From assembly GCA_963713045.1 (NCBI GenBank), contig CAVQKE010000003.1, positions 672,001 through 736,000 on the forward strand: 64,000 nucleotides of DNA, given 5' to 3'. Of the stretch, positions 40,957 to 50,843 are shown piece by piece. How positions within the stretch are numbered: position 1 is the stretch's first letter; each line of letters begins with the position of its first letter. The stretch is from an uncultured delta proteobacterium (GTDB lineage Bacteria > Myxococcota > Myxococcia > Myxococcales > Myxococcaceae). Position numbers and translations under genes: made by a program. The notes under the pieces are model-generated. The model was not told the origin of the DNA and ran no database searches. It worked only from the letters and a program-made list of their open reading frames with translations.

Positions 40957-42300
40957 GTGAAACGCTTGGCCTGGCTCTACAGTGTGGCTCTGCTGACATG
41001 CTGTGCGACCGCGTCGAAGATTGGGACGGCGGAAAGCACCGAAGCCGTCGAGAATCACGTCTATGCCCTGCCCGCTGACACCGTCCTCACCACCACCGAG
41101 AACGTCCTGGTCAAAAACGGCTTTCGGGTGGCCCGCCAGGGCAACCAACTGGGGACGGATTGGCGCCCGGAGGCCTCGGGCTCCCTCGCTGGGTACCGGG
41201 TGGTGGTTGACCCCATCGACGCGGACCACTGTACCGTCCAGGTGGAGATGGTGGCGGCGACTGCGCTGGGCTCCGGAGGCGGCGGCGGTGGTGGAGACAG
41301 TGCCCTCGACCCAGAGTTGTACAACACCCTGAATGAGCCCCCGCCCGGCCTGGTGGCCATGCCCCGCGGGCGAGATGACGCGTTTGAGTGGGCCCTGCTG
41401 CGGGCGCTCGACCCCAAGGCGGCGAAGGCCATCGCCGCCGGCGAGCAGCGCGAGGGCACAGCTGGCACCGACGGCGGAACGCCAACGCCGCTCGCCTCGG
41501 GCCCGGGGACGCCACTTCCGGGCGCGGGCGCGGCCACGTCGGCTCCCAGCTGTGGCCCGGCGGTGCCCGGCGCCGACGCCCTCAGCAATGGCCGGCGCCT
41601 GGTTCTGCTCGCCGCTGTGCCGGGGACGAATGAGATTCCAGCCTTCGTCGCCCAGCTGGCTTGCCAGGCCGCTACCCCGGGGGTGCCCACGGTGGTGGCC
41701 CTCCCACTGCTTCGGGCGGACCAAGATTGGGTGGACACCTACCTCTCCAGCACTGGCAAGCCGGCGGACCGGACCGCCTTTCTCCACGGCGCCCGCAGCT
41801 TCGCACCGGGCTCCACCGCAGCCAGCACCGCGGTGCTGGACTTGCTGGACAAGCTGCGCACGCTGCGTGACGCAGGATTGCCCCTGGGCGTCGTCACCTT
41901 CGACGAGCCGGCCACCACGCCCTCGCGCGAGAAGGCCCGAGCCTCCGGCATCGAAGCGCTGCGCCGGGCCGACTTGGAATCGCTGTTTGTGGTGGTGGTG
42001 GGCCAGGAGAGCGCCCGCACCAAGCTGCGGCCTGGCGAGGCTCCGGACCAAGCGCCCCTCGGCTTTTACCTCGCCCGATGGGGCCTGGCCCCCGTCGCCC
42101 TGGCGCTGCATACACCCGGGGGGCAGCACTGGGCCTGCGGCTCTGCAACCCACTGCGGTCCAGCGCCGGTCACCGCCCCGGCGCCTGGCCCAGGACAGCC
42201 CATCCCCTCGCTGGTGGTCAGCGCCAGCCCGGACGCCGAGGGCTTTCAAGGCAGTTACGCTGTCGGGCCGCTCACCGCGTCGCCGCCTCCCACCCTGTAG
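40957..42300 (+). CDS. Lipoprotein with degenerate EreA/ChaN-like C-terminal domain
   Basis: MKRLAWLYSVALLTCC signal/lipobox-like; LVLLAAVPGTNEIP.FV..LAC..VALPL pattern. Confidence 0.6.
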   Translation: MKRLAWLYSVALLTCCATASKIGTAESTEAVENHVYALPADTVLTTTENVLVKNGFRVARQGNQLGTDWRPEASGSLAGYRVVVDPIDADHCTVQVEMVAATALGSGGGGGGGDSALDPELYNTLNEPPPGLVAMPRGRDDAFEWALLRALDPKAAKAIAAGEQREGTAGTDGGTPTPLASGPGTPLPGAGAATSAPSCGPAVPGADALSNGRRLVLLAAVPGTNEIPAFVAQLACQAATPGVPTVVALPLLRADQDWVDTYLSSTGKPADRTAFLHGARSFAPGSTAASTAVLDLLDKLRTLRDAGLPLGVVTFDEPATTPSREKARASGIEALRRADLESLFVVVVGQESARTKLRPGEAPDQAPLGFYLARWGLAPVALALHTPGGQHWACGSATHCGPAPVTAPAPGPGQPIPSLVVSASPDAEGFQGSYAVGPLTASPPPTL

Positions 42301-42312
42301 CCGGCACCACCT

Positions 42313-43095
42313 TTAGCCGGCGTTCCCGTCCGCGACCAGGACAGCCCGCGTCGGGCCAGCCACCGCCCGGTTGGTGGCGATGGTGTCTCCGCCAAAGGCC
42401 GTCCGCCGGCCCTGCCAGTCGCTGAAGACGCCGCCCGCCTCCTCCACAATGGGCTGCAGCGCCGCAGCGTCCCAGGGCGCCATCACCCCGTCCACCATCA
42501 CTTCCGCCCGGCCGGTGGCCACCAGCAGGTAGCCGTAGCAATCTCCCCAGGTGCGGACCTGCGCGGCTTCCTCCGTCAGGCGGCGCCAGCGGCGACGTTT
42601 GACGGCGTCCTGGCCGAAGCGCTCGTCGGTGGCGAGGACGGTGCTGTCGGCGAGTCGGGCCACCGCAGAGACGTGCGCCGGCGCGCCATTCCACCGGCAG
42701 CCGGCGCCGCGGGCGGCCACCACCAACTCATCGACGGCCGGAAAAAACGCCGCGCCGGCCAGCACCTGCTCCCCTTCCACCAGCGCCACCAGCGTCCCCC
42801 ACAACGGGACGCGGCGAATGAAGGTTTTCGTCCCGTCAATCGGGTCCACCAGCCAGCGCCGCGGCGCCTCGGGCCGCAGCTCGCCGAGTTCCTCGCCCAC
42901 AATGCCGTCCTTGGGAAAGCGCGCCTCGAGCCAGCTGCGGACCGCCTCCTCAGCCTGGCGGTCGGCCACGGACACCGGCGTCCCGTCCTGCTTCGTCTCC
43001 ACCACCACCCCAGCACGGTAATGGCGCAGAGCCACCCCCCCGGCCAGGCGGGCCGCCGCCTCCGCCGCCTGCATCCACTCGGACTGCTCGCTCAA
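42313..43095 (-). CDS. hisN: Inositol-monophosphatase-family histidinol-phosphatase
   Basis: K.DGTPVSVADR, GEE, WLVDPIDGTK.F, WGDCYGY.LVATG, WD.AA. Confidence 0.8.
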   Translation of the reverse strand: MSEQSEWMQAAEAAARLAGGVALRHYRAGVVVETKQDGTPVSVADRQAEEAVRSWLEARFPKDGIVGEELGELRPEAPRRWLVDPIDGTKTFIRRVPLWGTLVALVEGEQVLAGAAFFPAVDELVVAARGAGCRWNGAPAHVSAVARLADSTVLATDERFGQDAVKRRRWRRLTEEAAQVRTWGDCYGYLLVATGRAEVMVDGVMAPWDAAALQPIVEEAGGVFSDWQGRRTAFGGDTIATNRAVAGPTRAVLVADGNAG

Positions 43096-43141
43096 CGTGG
43101 CCCTCCCTACCCGCCCGCGCCGTCTTCAGCGACGGGCCCCT

Positions 43142-44284
43142 TCAGGCATGCCCGAGTGCTTGCTTCAAGTCGTCTAAAAGGTCTGAGGCATCCTCAATCC
43201 CCACCGAGAGGCGGATGAGGCCATCGGTAATGCCCAGCTTGGCCCGGTTTTCGGGCGGTACCGAGGCGTGCGTCATGATGGCGGGATGCTCAATCAGGCT
43301 TTCCACACCACCGAGGGACTCGGCGCAGGAAAACACGCGGCAGGCGGCGAGGAAGGCGCGGGCGGCGGGCAGTCCCCCCACAATCTCAAACGTCATCATC
43401 CCCCCGAAGCCCTTCATCTGCCGCTTGGCCAGCGCGTGCTGGGGGTGGCTGGTCAGCCCGGGGTACCGGACGTGCCCGGCTTTGGGATGGCCTGAGAGAA
43501 ATTCCGCCACCCGGAAGGCATTTTCTTGGTGGCGGGCCATGCGGACGCCCAGCGTCTTCACCCCGCGCAGCACGAGAAAGCTGTCCAAGGCGGAAGGGAC
43601 GGCGCCCACCGCATTTTGCAAAAACCCAATCCGTTGAGCGAAGTCACTGTTGGATGTGCCGACGAAGCCGCCCACCACGTCGCTGTGGCCATTGAGGTAC
43701 TTGGTGGTGGAGTGCAGCACCAGGTCGATGCCGTATTCCAGCGGGCGCTGGAAGTAGGGGGACATGAAGGTGTTGTCACAGACGGACAGCACCCCCCGCT
43801 TGCGCGACAGCTCCGCCACCGCCGCCAAGTCCACCAGCTTCAGCATCGGGTTGGTGGGCGTCTCCACCCAGACCAGCTTCGTCCTCGGTGTGAGGGCAGC
43901 TTCGAAGGCCTCGGGCCGAGAGAGGTCGACGAAGCTGAAGCTGAGGCCGAGGCGCTTGAAGACTTGGTCGAAGAGGCGAAACGTCCCCCCGTAGACATCA
44001 TCACTGCACACGACGTGGTCCCCGGCGTCCAGCAGGTGCATCAAGCAGTCGGTGGCCGCGCACCCGGAGGCGAAGGCAAAGCCGTGAGAGGCGCCCTCCA
44101 AGGCTGCGAGGCAACTTTCCAGCGCGGTGCGGGTGGGGTTCCGCGTCCGACTGTATTCGTACCCCTTGTGCTGGCCCGGGCCCGACTGGACGTAGGTGGA
44201 GGAGAGGTAGACGGGCGTCATGATGGCGCCGGTGGTGGGGTCCGGCTGCTGGCCGGCGTGGATGGCGAGGGTGTCAAAGCGCAT
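43142..44284 (-). CDS. Cystathionine gamma-lyase/synthase (PLP Cys/Met metabolism family)
   Basis: YEYSRTRNPTR, DDVYGGT, ETPTNP, DNTF, HSTTKYLNGHSD, AESLGGVESL, RLSVGIE. Confidence 0.93.
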   Translation of the reverse strand: MRFDTLAIHAGQQPDPTTGAIMTPVYLSSTYVQSGPGQHKGYEYSRTRNPTRTALESCLAALEGASHGFAFASGCAATDCLMHLLDAGDHVVCSDDVYGGTFRLFDQVFKRLGLSFSFVDLSRPEAFEAALTPRTKLVWVETPTNPMLKLVDLAAVAELSRKRGVLSVCDNTFMSPYFQRPLEYGIDLVLHSTTKYLNGHSDVVGGFVGTSNSDFAQRIGFLQNAVGAVPSALDSFLVLRGVKTLGVRMARHQENAFRVAEFLSGHPKAGHVRYPGLTSHPQHALAKRQMKGFGGMMTFEIVGGLPAARAFLAACRVFSCAESLGGVESLIEHPAIMTHASVPPENRAKLGITDGLIRLSVGIEDASDLLDDLKQALGHA

Positions 44285-44448
44285 GGCGTGGCCAACACAC
44301 CAGAAAGCCCCTTCCCTGTCAGCCTCCCCCTGGCAGGGGCCTTCCCCCAGCTGGGCCATGCACCGACGCGGCTGAGCCGCTACAAGGGCCCCACCGGAGA
44401 GCGCAGCGAAGCGCGCCCTCCCCCACCGTTGCCTGTAGGAGGTCCGCC

Positions 44449-45357
44449 ATGTCCTCTGCGCCCGCCGCCGCCAGTGGAAGCTTTCTCCTCGGTGGTGACC
44501 TCAGCGTCACCCGCCTGGGCTTTGGTTCCATGCGCCTCACCGGCCGGGGCATTTGGGGAGAGCCGCCCGACCGCGAGAAGGCCAAGGCCGTGCTTCGCCG
44601 GGCGCTGGAGCTCGGCGTCAACCTCATCGACACCGCGGACGCCTATGGGCCGGAGGTGGCGGAACGCCTTCTGGCCGAGGCGCTCTACCCCTACCCGCAG
44701 GGCCTGGTCATCGCCACCAAGGGAGGCCTGACGCGCTCCGGCCCGGACCGGTGGGAGCGCGATTGCCGGCCCGAGCACCTCATCGCCGCGTGCGAGGCAA
44801 GCTTGCGGCGGCTGCGGCTGGCGCGCATTGACGTCTACCAGCTGCACGCCGTCGACTCGAAAGTCCCCTTCCTCGACTCGCTGGGGGCACTGGTGCGGCT
44901 GAAGGAGCAGGGCAAAGTGCGCCACATTGGCCTGTCCAACGTCACCGCCGAGCAGCTGCAGCAAGCGCGCAGCGTGGCTCCCATTGTCTCGGTGCAAAAC
45001 CGGTACAGCTTGAGCGACCGCAGCGCCGAGCCCGTCCTCACCGACTGTGAGCGCGCCTCGATTGGCTTCCTCCCCTGGTACCCGCTGGCCGCCGGCGAGC
45101 TGAGCCGTCCGGGCGGGCCTTTGGACAGCGTCGCCCAAGCCCACCAGGCCACCCCTGGGCAGGTGGCGCTCGCCTGGCTGCTGCGGCGCTCGCCCGTCAT
45201 GCTGCCCATTCCGGGCACTTCCTCCATTGCCCACCTGGAGGAGAATGTGGCCGCGGCCGCCCTCCGGCTGACCGAGCAGGAGTGGCAGACTCTCGGCCGG
45301 CGCCCAGGCCGCCAAACCCTGAGGGCCGCCGCGTCACCGGTTCGTCACGGTCGGTAA
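44449..45357 (+). CDS. Aldo/keto reductase
   Basis: LGFGSMRL, IDTADAYG, ATKGG, IDVYQLH, GKVRHIGLSN, QNRYS, PIPGT. Confidence 0.94.
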   Translation: MSSAPAAASGSFLLGGDLSVTRLGFGSMRLTGRGIWGEPPDREKAKAVLRRALELGVNLIDTADAYGPEVAERLLAEALYPYPQGLVIATKGGLTRSGPDRWERDCRPEHLIAACEASLRRLRLARIDVYQLHAVDSKVPFLDSLGALVRLKEQGKVRHIGLSNVTAEQLQQARSVAPIVSVQNRYSLSDRSAEPVLTDCERASIGFLPWYPLAAGELSRPGGPLDSVAQAHQATPGQVALAWLLRRSPVMLPIPGTSSIAHLEENVAAAALRLTEQEWQTLGRRPGRQTLRAAASPVRHGR

Positions 45358-45401
45358 ACTTGCGGCGTGGACCTCCTTCTCGCCACGCTGCGCTCCCAGG
45401 C

Positions 45402-46313
45402 ATGGCCGCTCCCCGACCCGTGCGAGGCCTTCGGGCCTCCACCCGCCTCTTCGACGCGGCGCCCGTCTTTTTGGCCGCGCGCCAATCCGACGTCAGCCGT
45501 CAGTGCGCAGCGGTGTCCGAGCGCTTGTCGCCTGAGCGGGTGCATGACTTGCGCGTCGCCCTTCGCCGGCTGCGCGGCGCCATTCGCCTCTTCGGCAGGG
45601 GCAAGCCGGTGCGCCGCGCCAATGAGGAAGCCCGGGGCTTTCAAACGGCGCTTGGCCCGCTGCGGGACTTGCAGGTGCAGCTGGCCGGACTCTCGAAGCT
45701 GTTGCGGAAACTTCCGCCCGAGGAGGCCGCCGTCGTGGTGCACGTGCGCACCACGCTCGGCGCGACACGGGGCGCGGCGGTGGAAGCAGCCCGGGCCGCC
45801 CTTCAGCGCTGGGCGAAACGGGGCACCCGCGCGCTGGCCGCGCTGGAGGGGCTACGTCCCAAGGGACGGCTTGGCGGACACCGCGTGCGCAAGCGGCTGG
45901 TCCGCCAACTGGAGAGGGTGGAGGAGTGCGCCCAAGCGGCGCTGGCCGACCCCGGGCCGGCGCCGATGCACCAGCTCCGCATTGCACTGAAGCGCTTTCG
46001 CTACGGGCTCGAATTTCTGGAGCCGGCGATCCCCGACGAAACGGCGGAAATCCGCAACGAGGTGGTTCAGCTGCAGACGGCGCTCGGCGAGTTGCATGAC
46101 TTGGACATTCAAATCGCGCTGGTCGACCAGCATGCCTCGCTGGAGTCACTGCCGGCGGCCGCCGACGTGCTGCGCCGTCTCAAGGCCGATCGCGAGCGGC
46201 TGGGGGCCACCCTGTTGGCGGTCCTCATCCACTGGGAGGAAGAGGCGAGCGCACTGAGGGCGCAGGTGCTCCTCGGCTCGAGCCCAGTCCGCATTCACGG
46301 GCGGATGGGTTAG
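45402..46313 (+). CDS. CHAD-domain protein
   Basis: VHDLRVALRRLR, LGPLRDLQV, MHQLRIALKRFRY.LE, LQT.LGELHD. Confidence 0.9.
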   Translation: MAAPRPVRGLRASTRLFDAAPVFLAARQSDVSRQCAAVSERLSPERVHDLRVALRRLRGAIRLFGRGKPVRRANEEARGFQTALGPLRDLQVQLAGLSKLLRKLPPEEAAVVVHVRTTLGATRGAAVEAARAALQRWAKRGTRALAALEGLRPKGRLGGHRVRKRLVRQLERVEECAQAALADPGPAPMHQLRIALKRFRYGLEFLEPAIPDETAEIRNEVVQLQTALGELHDLDIQIALVDQHASLESLPAAADVLRRLKADRERLGATLLAVLIHWEEEASALRAQVLLGSSPVRIHGRMG

Positions 46314-46349
46314 CAGCCGGTGGCCATCGGCCCCGTCAACGGGGCTTGG

Positions 46350-46823
46350 CTACATCGCGACCAGCAGGGTTTCCAACCGGTCGTAGCTTGCCGCAACGCC
46401 GCTCGCCATGCCGGACTTGAGAGCACCGTCACGGACCTGCTTCGAGGGGAAAAGCACGGTCATGGTGAGGGTGGTTTGGCCGCCTTCTTCCATCAGCGTG
46501 CCGGTCACCAGGGATTGCTCCGGGTAGCCCTCCATCAATTCGAGGTGCACGATTTTCGCCGGTGGGACGATTTCCTGAAAGACGCCGCTCAGCCACAGCG
46601 TCCTTCCGTCCGGGTGCTTCCAGTCGTAGCGAAAGGCGCCGCCGACGCGAAAGTCGATTTGGCAGCGCACCATCGCCCAGCCCGGCGGTCCGAGGAGCCA
46701 GCGCTGGACCAGGGCTGGCTCCGTCATGGCCTTGAAGACCAGGACTCGCGGGGCCCGGAATGTCCGGGTCATGACCACTTCCCGCTCCCCCCGTGGGGTC
46801 ACTCCCAGGGTGCCGTCCTTCAT
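46350..46823 (-). CDS. SRPBCC/AHSA1-family protein
   Basis: MTRTFRAPR.LVFKAMTEP.LV.RW, DFRVGG.FRY, GM..G..SYDRLE. Confidence 0.92.
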   Translation of the reverse strand: MKDGTLGVTPRGEREVVMTRTFRAPRVLVFKAMTEPALVQRWLLGPPGWAMVRCQIDFRVGGAFRYDWKHPDGRTLWLSGVFQEIVPPAKIVHLELMEGYPEQSLVTGTLMEEGGQTTLTMTVLFPSKQVRDGALKSGMASGVAASYDRLETLLVAM

Positions 46824-47182
46824 CGCCGCGCTCCTTTTCGTTTGGGGTTTGCTTCCTTCTTGTGCTGCAACTCCTCCAGCAGTCGGTCGAGGCGCCGGAA
46901 ACTGGCCTCCCAGAATTCGCGGTAATGCAACAGCCAGCTGCTGGCCTCGGCCAGCGGCTGCGCCTGCAGTCGGCAGGGCCGACGCTGCGCCTCGCGTCCT
47001 CGGGAGACGAGCCCCGCCCGCTCGAGCACCTTCAAATGCCTGGAAATGGCGGGCTGACTGATGGCGAAGGGCTTGGCCAGCTGCATGACGGAGGTTTCGC
47101 CCAGCGCCAGCCGAGCGAGAATTGCCCGGCGCGTCGGGTCGGCCAGTGCCTGAAAGGTGCTGTCCAAGGCGGTGGCCTTCAT
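46820..47182 (-). CDS. ArsR/SmtB-family transcriptional regulator
   Basis: FQALADPTRRAILARL, SQPAISRHLKVLERAGLV. Confidence 0.94.
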   Translation of the reverse strand: MKATALDSTFQALADPTRRAILARLALGETSVMQLAKPFAISQPAISRHLKVLERAGLVSRGREAQRRPCRLQAQPLAEASSWLLHYREFWEASFRRLDRLLEELQHKKEANPKRKGARR

Positions 47183-47343
47183 GCGGACCCGAAGACAAGG
47201 AAGGCGATGCCCCGGGGCGAGACCCGGCCCACGCCGGGGAGCGAGACAACCGGGACTTCGGCCCCCAGCGCCTCGGCCTGCCGTTCTCCGTCGGGGGCAG
47301 TGCGCATGGCGGTCATCGCGGAGACCCCTCGTTCGTCGACGAA

Positions 47344-47400
47344 AACCATCTTGTTATATAACATTTAAGTTATATACAAGGCATTCTTTCCATCCGTCAA
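47344..47400 (-). promoter_or_regulatory. Promoter and tandem inverted-repeat operator for arsR-SRPBCC
   Basis: TATATAAC-atttaa-GTTATATA (47355-47376), a second AAC-N6-GTT at 47344-47355, and TTGACG -35 at 47395-47400. Confidence 0.75.
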
Positions 47401-47446
47401 GGGGGGTGAACTGAAAAAAAAGGGGGGGGCCAAACCCGCCTGGACC

Positions 47447-49681
47447 CTAGGCGGACTTCGGACGGCGCGAGGCCACCCAGTACAGAAGCCAGGTCAGCGC
47501 CAGCAGCGGGAGGATGGACCAGGTGGCGGAGGCTTCAATGGCCTCGCCGCGGGCCTCGCCAAACAGCTTGTAGGAGAGCTCCAGCCCCCAATGCTTGAGC
47601 AGCGTCACCTGGCGCGGCAGCCCGTCTGGGCCAGGCACCGTCGTGTCCAGGCCTTCCAGGGCGGCGGAGAGGAGTCCCACCAGGGCACCTCCGGCAATCA
47701 GGCCTGAGGCGAAGAGGACGCCCGGGGAGGATTCGGATTCCTCCGCCGACACCCTGGTGCGCTTGTCGGCCAGCCAGCGGGCAATGCCGCCCAGCCAAAT
47801 GGTGGCCGAGGTGGACAGCGGCAGGTAGGCCCCCACCGCGAAGGGAAGCACCGAGACGCCGCACAAGTCCAGAAGCAGCGCCAAGAAGACGCCGATGAGC
47901 ACCAGGCTCCAAGGGAGGTTGCGCTCCAGCACGCCGTCGATGATGAGTTGGAAGAGACGGGCCTTCGGCGCGTCAAACTTCGACACCACCTTCTCCACCG
48001 AGCCGTCCTCCCGGCGCTGCACCGGCTCCACGCCGGACACTCCCGGGTCGGCCAGAAATGCAATTCGGTTGTCGCGGCCCACCAGGTACTTCCCACGCGG
48101 CACGCCCTGGACTTCGTTGCGGACGTACATCAGGCGGTAGTCCACTCCGCGGAAGCTGTAGGGCTTCGGGGCGAAGGCCACCAAGTCGCCGCCGACGGAG
48201 GTGGCCACCGCCTCGGTGGCGACGAAACTCGGGTAGCTGCGTGGGACGTAGGTGGTGGCCGCCCGGTTGAGCGCCACCAGGGTAAAGCCAATGACCAGCG
48301 CGCTGGTGAGCACCCCAACCATGATGGCGATTTGCTGGTTGCGCGGCGTCGCGCCCACCAAGAAGCCCGTCTTCAGGTCCTGCGACGTCGTCCCGCCATT
48401 GCTGGCGGCGACGCACACCAGAGCCGCGGTGCAGAGGGCCATTTCTTTGTAGGGAACGCCGGTCCAGCCCACCGCCAGGAAGAGGAGGCAGGTGATGAGA
48501 AGGGTGGCCACCGTCATTCCGGAGATGGGGTTGGAGGAACTTCCAATCTCCCCGGTGATGCGGCTGGAGACGGTGGTGAAGAAGAAGCCGAACAGGACAA
48601 TGAGGACTGCCGAGAGGGCGTTGATGCCCAGCGAAGGGGCCAAGGCGATGGCCACCACCAGCGCCAGGGTGCCGCCGAGGACGATGCGCATCGACAAGTC
48701 CTGCTCGGTCCGGGGCACGGCGGCGGAGGGCTTGTCAGAGCCAAAGTTGACGTTGCCCAGCCCGCGCCGGAAGGCAGCGAGAATGGTGGGCAGCGAACGC
48801 ACCAGAGTCAGCACCCCGCCGGCCGCCACCGCCCCGGCACCAATGTAGAGAACGAAGGCGTTGCGGATTTGTCCGCTGCTCATCGCACTCACCGGAGTGC
48901 CCACCCCGTAGAGCGCTGACGTCATGGTGGGGCCAAACAGGGTAATCAAGGGGATGAGGACCAGAAAGGACAGCATGCCTCCGGCCATCATGATGTTGGA
49001 GGTGCGGGTGCCGATGATGTAGCCCACCCCCACCAGCGCGGGGTTGGCCTCGAAGGACATGGAACCGCCCTTGAACCAGCGGCTGAAATTCCAGGTGGGG
49101 TACTCGCCCCAGAATTTAAAAATCTTCCCGAACGTATAGAAGAGGGCACCGATGCCGAGGCCGCCGAACACCGTCCGCGCGCTGGTGCCACCCTTCTCGC
49201 CGACAATGAGGACTTCGGCGCAGGCGGTCCCCTCCGGGTAGGTGAGGTGGCCGTGCTCCTTGACGATGAGGCCGTAGCGCAACGGAATCATCATCAGCAC
49301 GCCCAGCGCCCCACCCAAAAGCGCCACCAGCGTCGCCCGCAGGGCATTCATCTCGAAGCCCATCAGCAGCAGGGAAGGCAGCGTGAAGGCCACCCCCGCC
49401 GCCAGCGACTCGCCGGCCGAACCGGTGGTCTGAACAATGTTGTTTTCGAGGATGGTGGCCTTACCGAAGGCACGGAAGATGGTGATGGACAGCACGGCGA
49501 TGGGGATGCTGGCCGAGACGGTGAGCCCCACCTTGAGGCCGAGGTAGACACTGGAAGCGGCGAAGATGATGCCGAGGAGCGAGCCCACCACCAGGCCCCG
49601 CACCGTGAGTTCGGTCATCACCGTTTCGGCGGGGACGTACGGACGGTACGAAACGGCCGCGGCGGCTTCCCGATTGTCCAT
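47447..49681 (-). CDS. OPT-family oligopeptide transporter
   Basis: ELTVRG, YLGLKVGLTVSASIP, ENNIVQT, YPEGTACAEVL, SNPISGM, QDLKTG. Confidence 0.95.
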   Translation of the reverse strand: MDNREAAAAVSYRPYVPAETVMTELTVRGLVVGSLLGIIFAASSVYLGLKVGLTVSASIPIAVLSITIFRAFGKATILENNIVQTTGSAGESLAAGVAFTLPSLLLMGFEMNALRATLVALLGGALGVLMMIPLRYGLIVKEHGHLTYPEGTACAEVLIVGEKGGTSARTVFGGLGIGALFYTFGKIFKFWGEYPTWNFSRWFKGGSMSFEANPALVGVGYIIGTRTSNIMMAGGMLSFLVLIPLITLFGPTMTSALYGVGTPVSAMSSGQIRNAFVLYIGAGAVAAGGVLTLVRSLPTILAAFRRGLGNVNFGSDKPSAAVPRTEQDLSMRIVLGGTLALVVAIALAPSLGINALSAVLIVLFGFFFTTVSSRITGEIGSSSNPISGMTVATLLITCLLFLAVGWTGVPYKEMALCTAALVCVAASNGGTTSQDLKTGFLVGATPRNQQIAIMVGVLTSALVIGFTLVALNRAATTYVPRSYPSFVATEAVATSVGGDLVAFAPKPYSFRGVDYRLMYVRNEVQGVPRGKYLVGRDNRIAFLADPGVSGVEPVQRREDGSVEKVVSKFDAPKARLFQLIIDGVLERNLPWSLVLIGVFLALLLDLCGVSVLPFAVGAYLPLSTSATIWLGGIARWLADKRTRVSAEESESSPGVLFASGLIAGGALVGLLSAALEGLDTTVPGPDGLPRQVTLLKHWGLELSYKLFGEARGEAIEASATWSILPLLALTWLLYWVASRRPKSA

Positions 49682-49838
49682 AGAGGCCCCAGAGGCTGGG
49701 GGAGGCAGCCTGGCCTGTCAACGACGGATGCACCGGGAGCCCGCACTTTCTACATGCGTCGGCCGGCCAGGGCTCGCCAAAGGGGGACCCCTGGCGCGCA
49801 CGTCCCCCTGCGTGCGAGGAACGCTGCGCAAGCCCACC

Positions 49839-50843
49839 TTGCCCACCGCCTTCCGAAACCGGCTTTCCAAAAATGCCCGGCACTTTCGCCGCTGGGCGGA
49901 GCGCCAGCGCCTCAGCGCCTACCGGGTATACGACCGGGACGTCCCGGACTTCCCCTACGTCGTCGAACGCTACGCCGGCCGCGTCCACCTGGTGGAGTAC
50001 CCGCGGCGGGCCGAACGTCAGCGCGACCCCGAAGGGCTGCGCGCGGCCATCCTGCAGGATGTGGTGGAGGTGCTGGAGGTGCCGCCGGAAGACGTTTTCC
50101 CGAAGACCCACCTGCCGCAACCCTGGGGACAGGCCCAGTACGGGCGGCTGGCCACTTCCGGAAAGGACTTCACCGTCGAGGAGCAGGGCTTGCGCTTCTG
50201 GGTCAACCTCGCGGACCGGCTGGACACCGGGCTGTTTCTCGACCACCGCCTCACCCGGGCCAGGGTGCGCGACGAAGCCCTTGGGAAACGCGTCCTCAAC
50301 CTCTTCTGCTACACCGGCGCCTTCAGCGTCTACGCCGCCGCCGGAGGGGCCGAGGCCACCACCAGCGTCGACCTCTCCAACACCTATCTCGACTGGACGG
50401 CGCGTAACCTCCAGTTGAATTCGCTTCTCGCACCGCGGCACGTCCGCATTCGCGCCGATGCACTGCGCTGGCTGATCGACGCTTCCAGCCAGGCGGCGCG
50501 CTGGGACTTGGTGGTGCTCGACCCCCCGCCCTTCTCCACCAGCAATGCCATGCGCGGCACCTTCGACGTACAGCGAGACCACCTGCGGCTGTTGCGCAGC
50601 GCGCTGGCGCTGCTTGCCCCTTCTGGCAAGCTGTACTTCTCCACCAACTACCGCCGCTTCGAATTGGACCCGCGCGCAAGCGCGCTGGGCAGCTTCCGGG
50701 AATTGACGCCCGGCATTCTCCCGCCGGACGTCCAACGCAAGGACGTGCTGCGCTGCTGGGAAGTGCTGCCGGCCCCGGGTGGTGTAAGGGAGGGGGATGG
50801 CTCCACGACACCCCCGCCCGCCCGAAGGCGGCACCCGCGCTAA
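49839..50843 (+). CDS. Stand-alone RlmK-like rRNA methyltransferase (C-terminal half of RlmKL); start approximate
   Basis: FRNRL.KN, YRVYD.DVP, DTGLFLDHR..R, LNLFCYTG.FSV, DLSNTYL.W, DPPPFS. Confidence 0.85.
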   Translation: MPTAFRNRLSKNARHFRRWAERQRLSAYRVYDRDVPDFPYVVERYAGRVHLVEYPRRAERQRDPEGLRAAILQDVVEVLEVPPEDVFPKTHLPQPWGQAQYGRLATSGKDFTVEEQGLRFWVNLADRLDTGLFLDHRLTRARVRDEALGKRVLNLFCYTGAFSVYAAAGGAEATTSVDLSNTYLDWTARNLQLNSLLAPRHVRIRADALRWLIDASSQAARWDLVVLDPPPFSTSNAMRGTFDVQRDHLRLLRSALALLAPSGKLYFSTNYRRFELDPRASALGSFRELTPGILPPDVQRKDVLRCWEVLPAPGGVREGDGSTTPPPARRRHPR

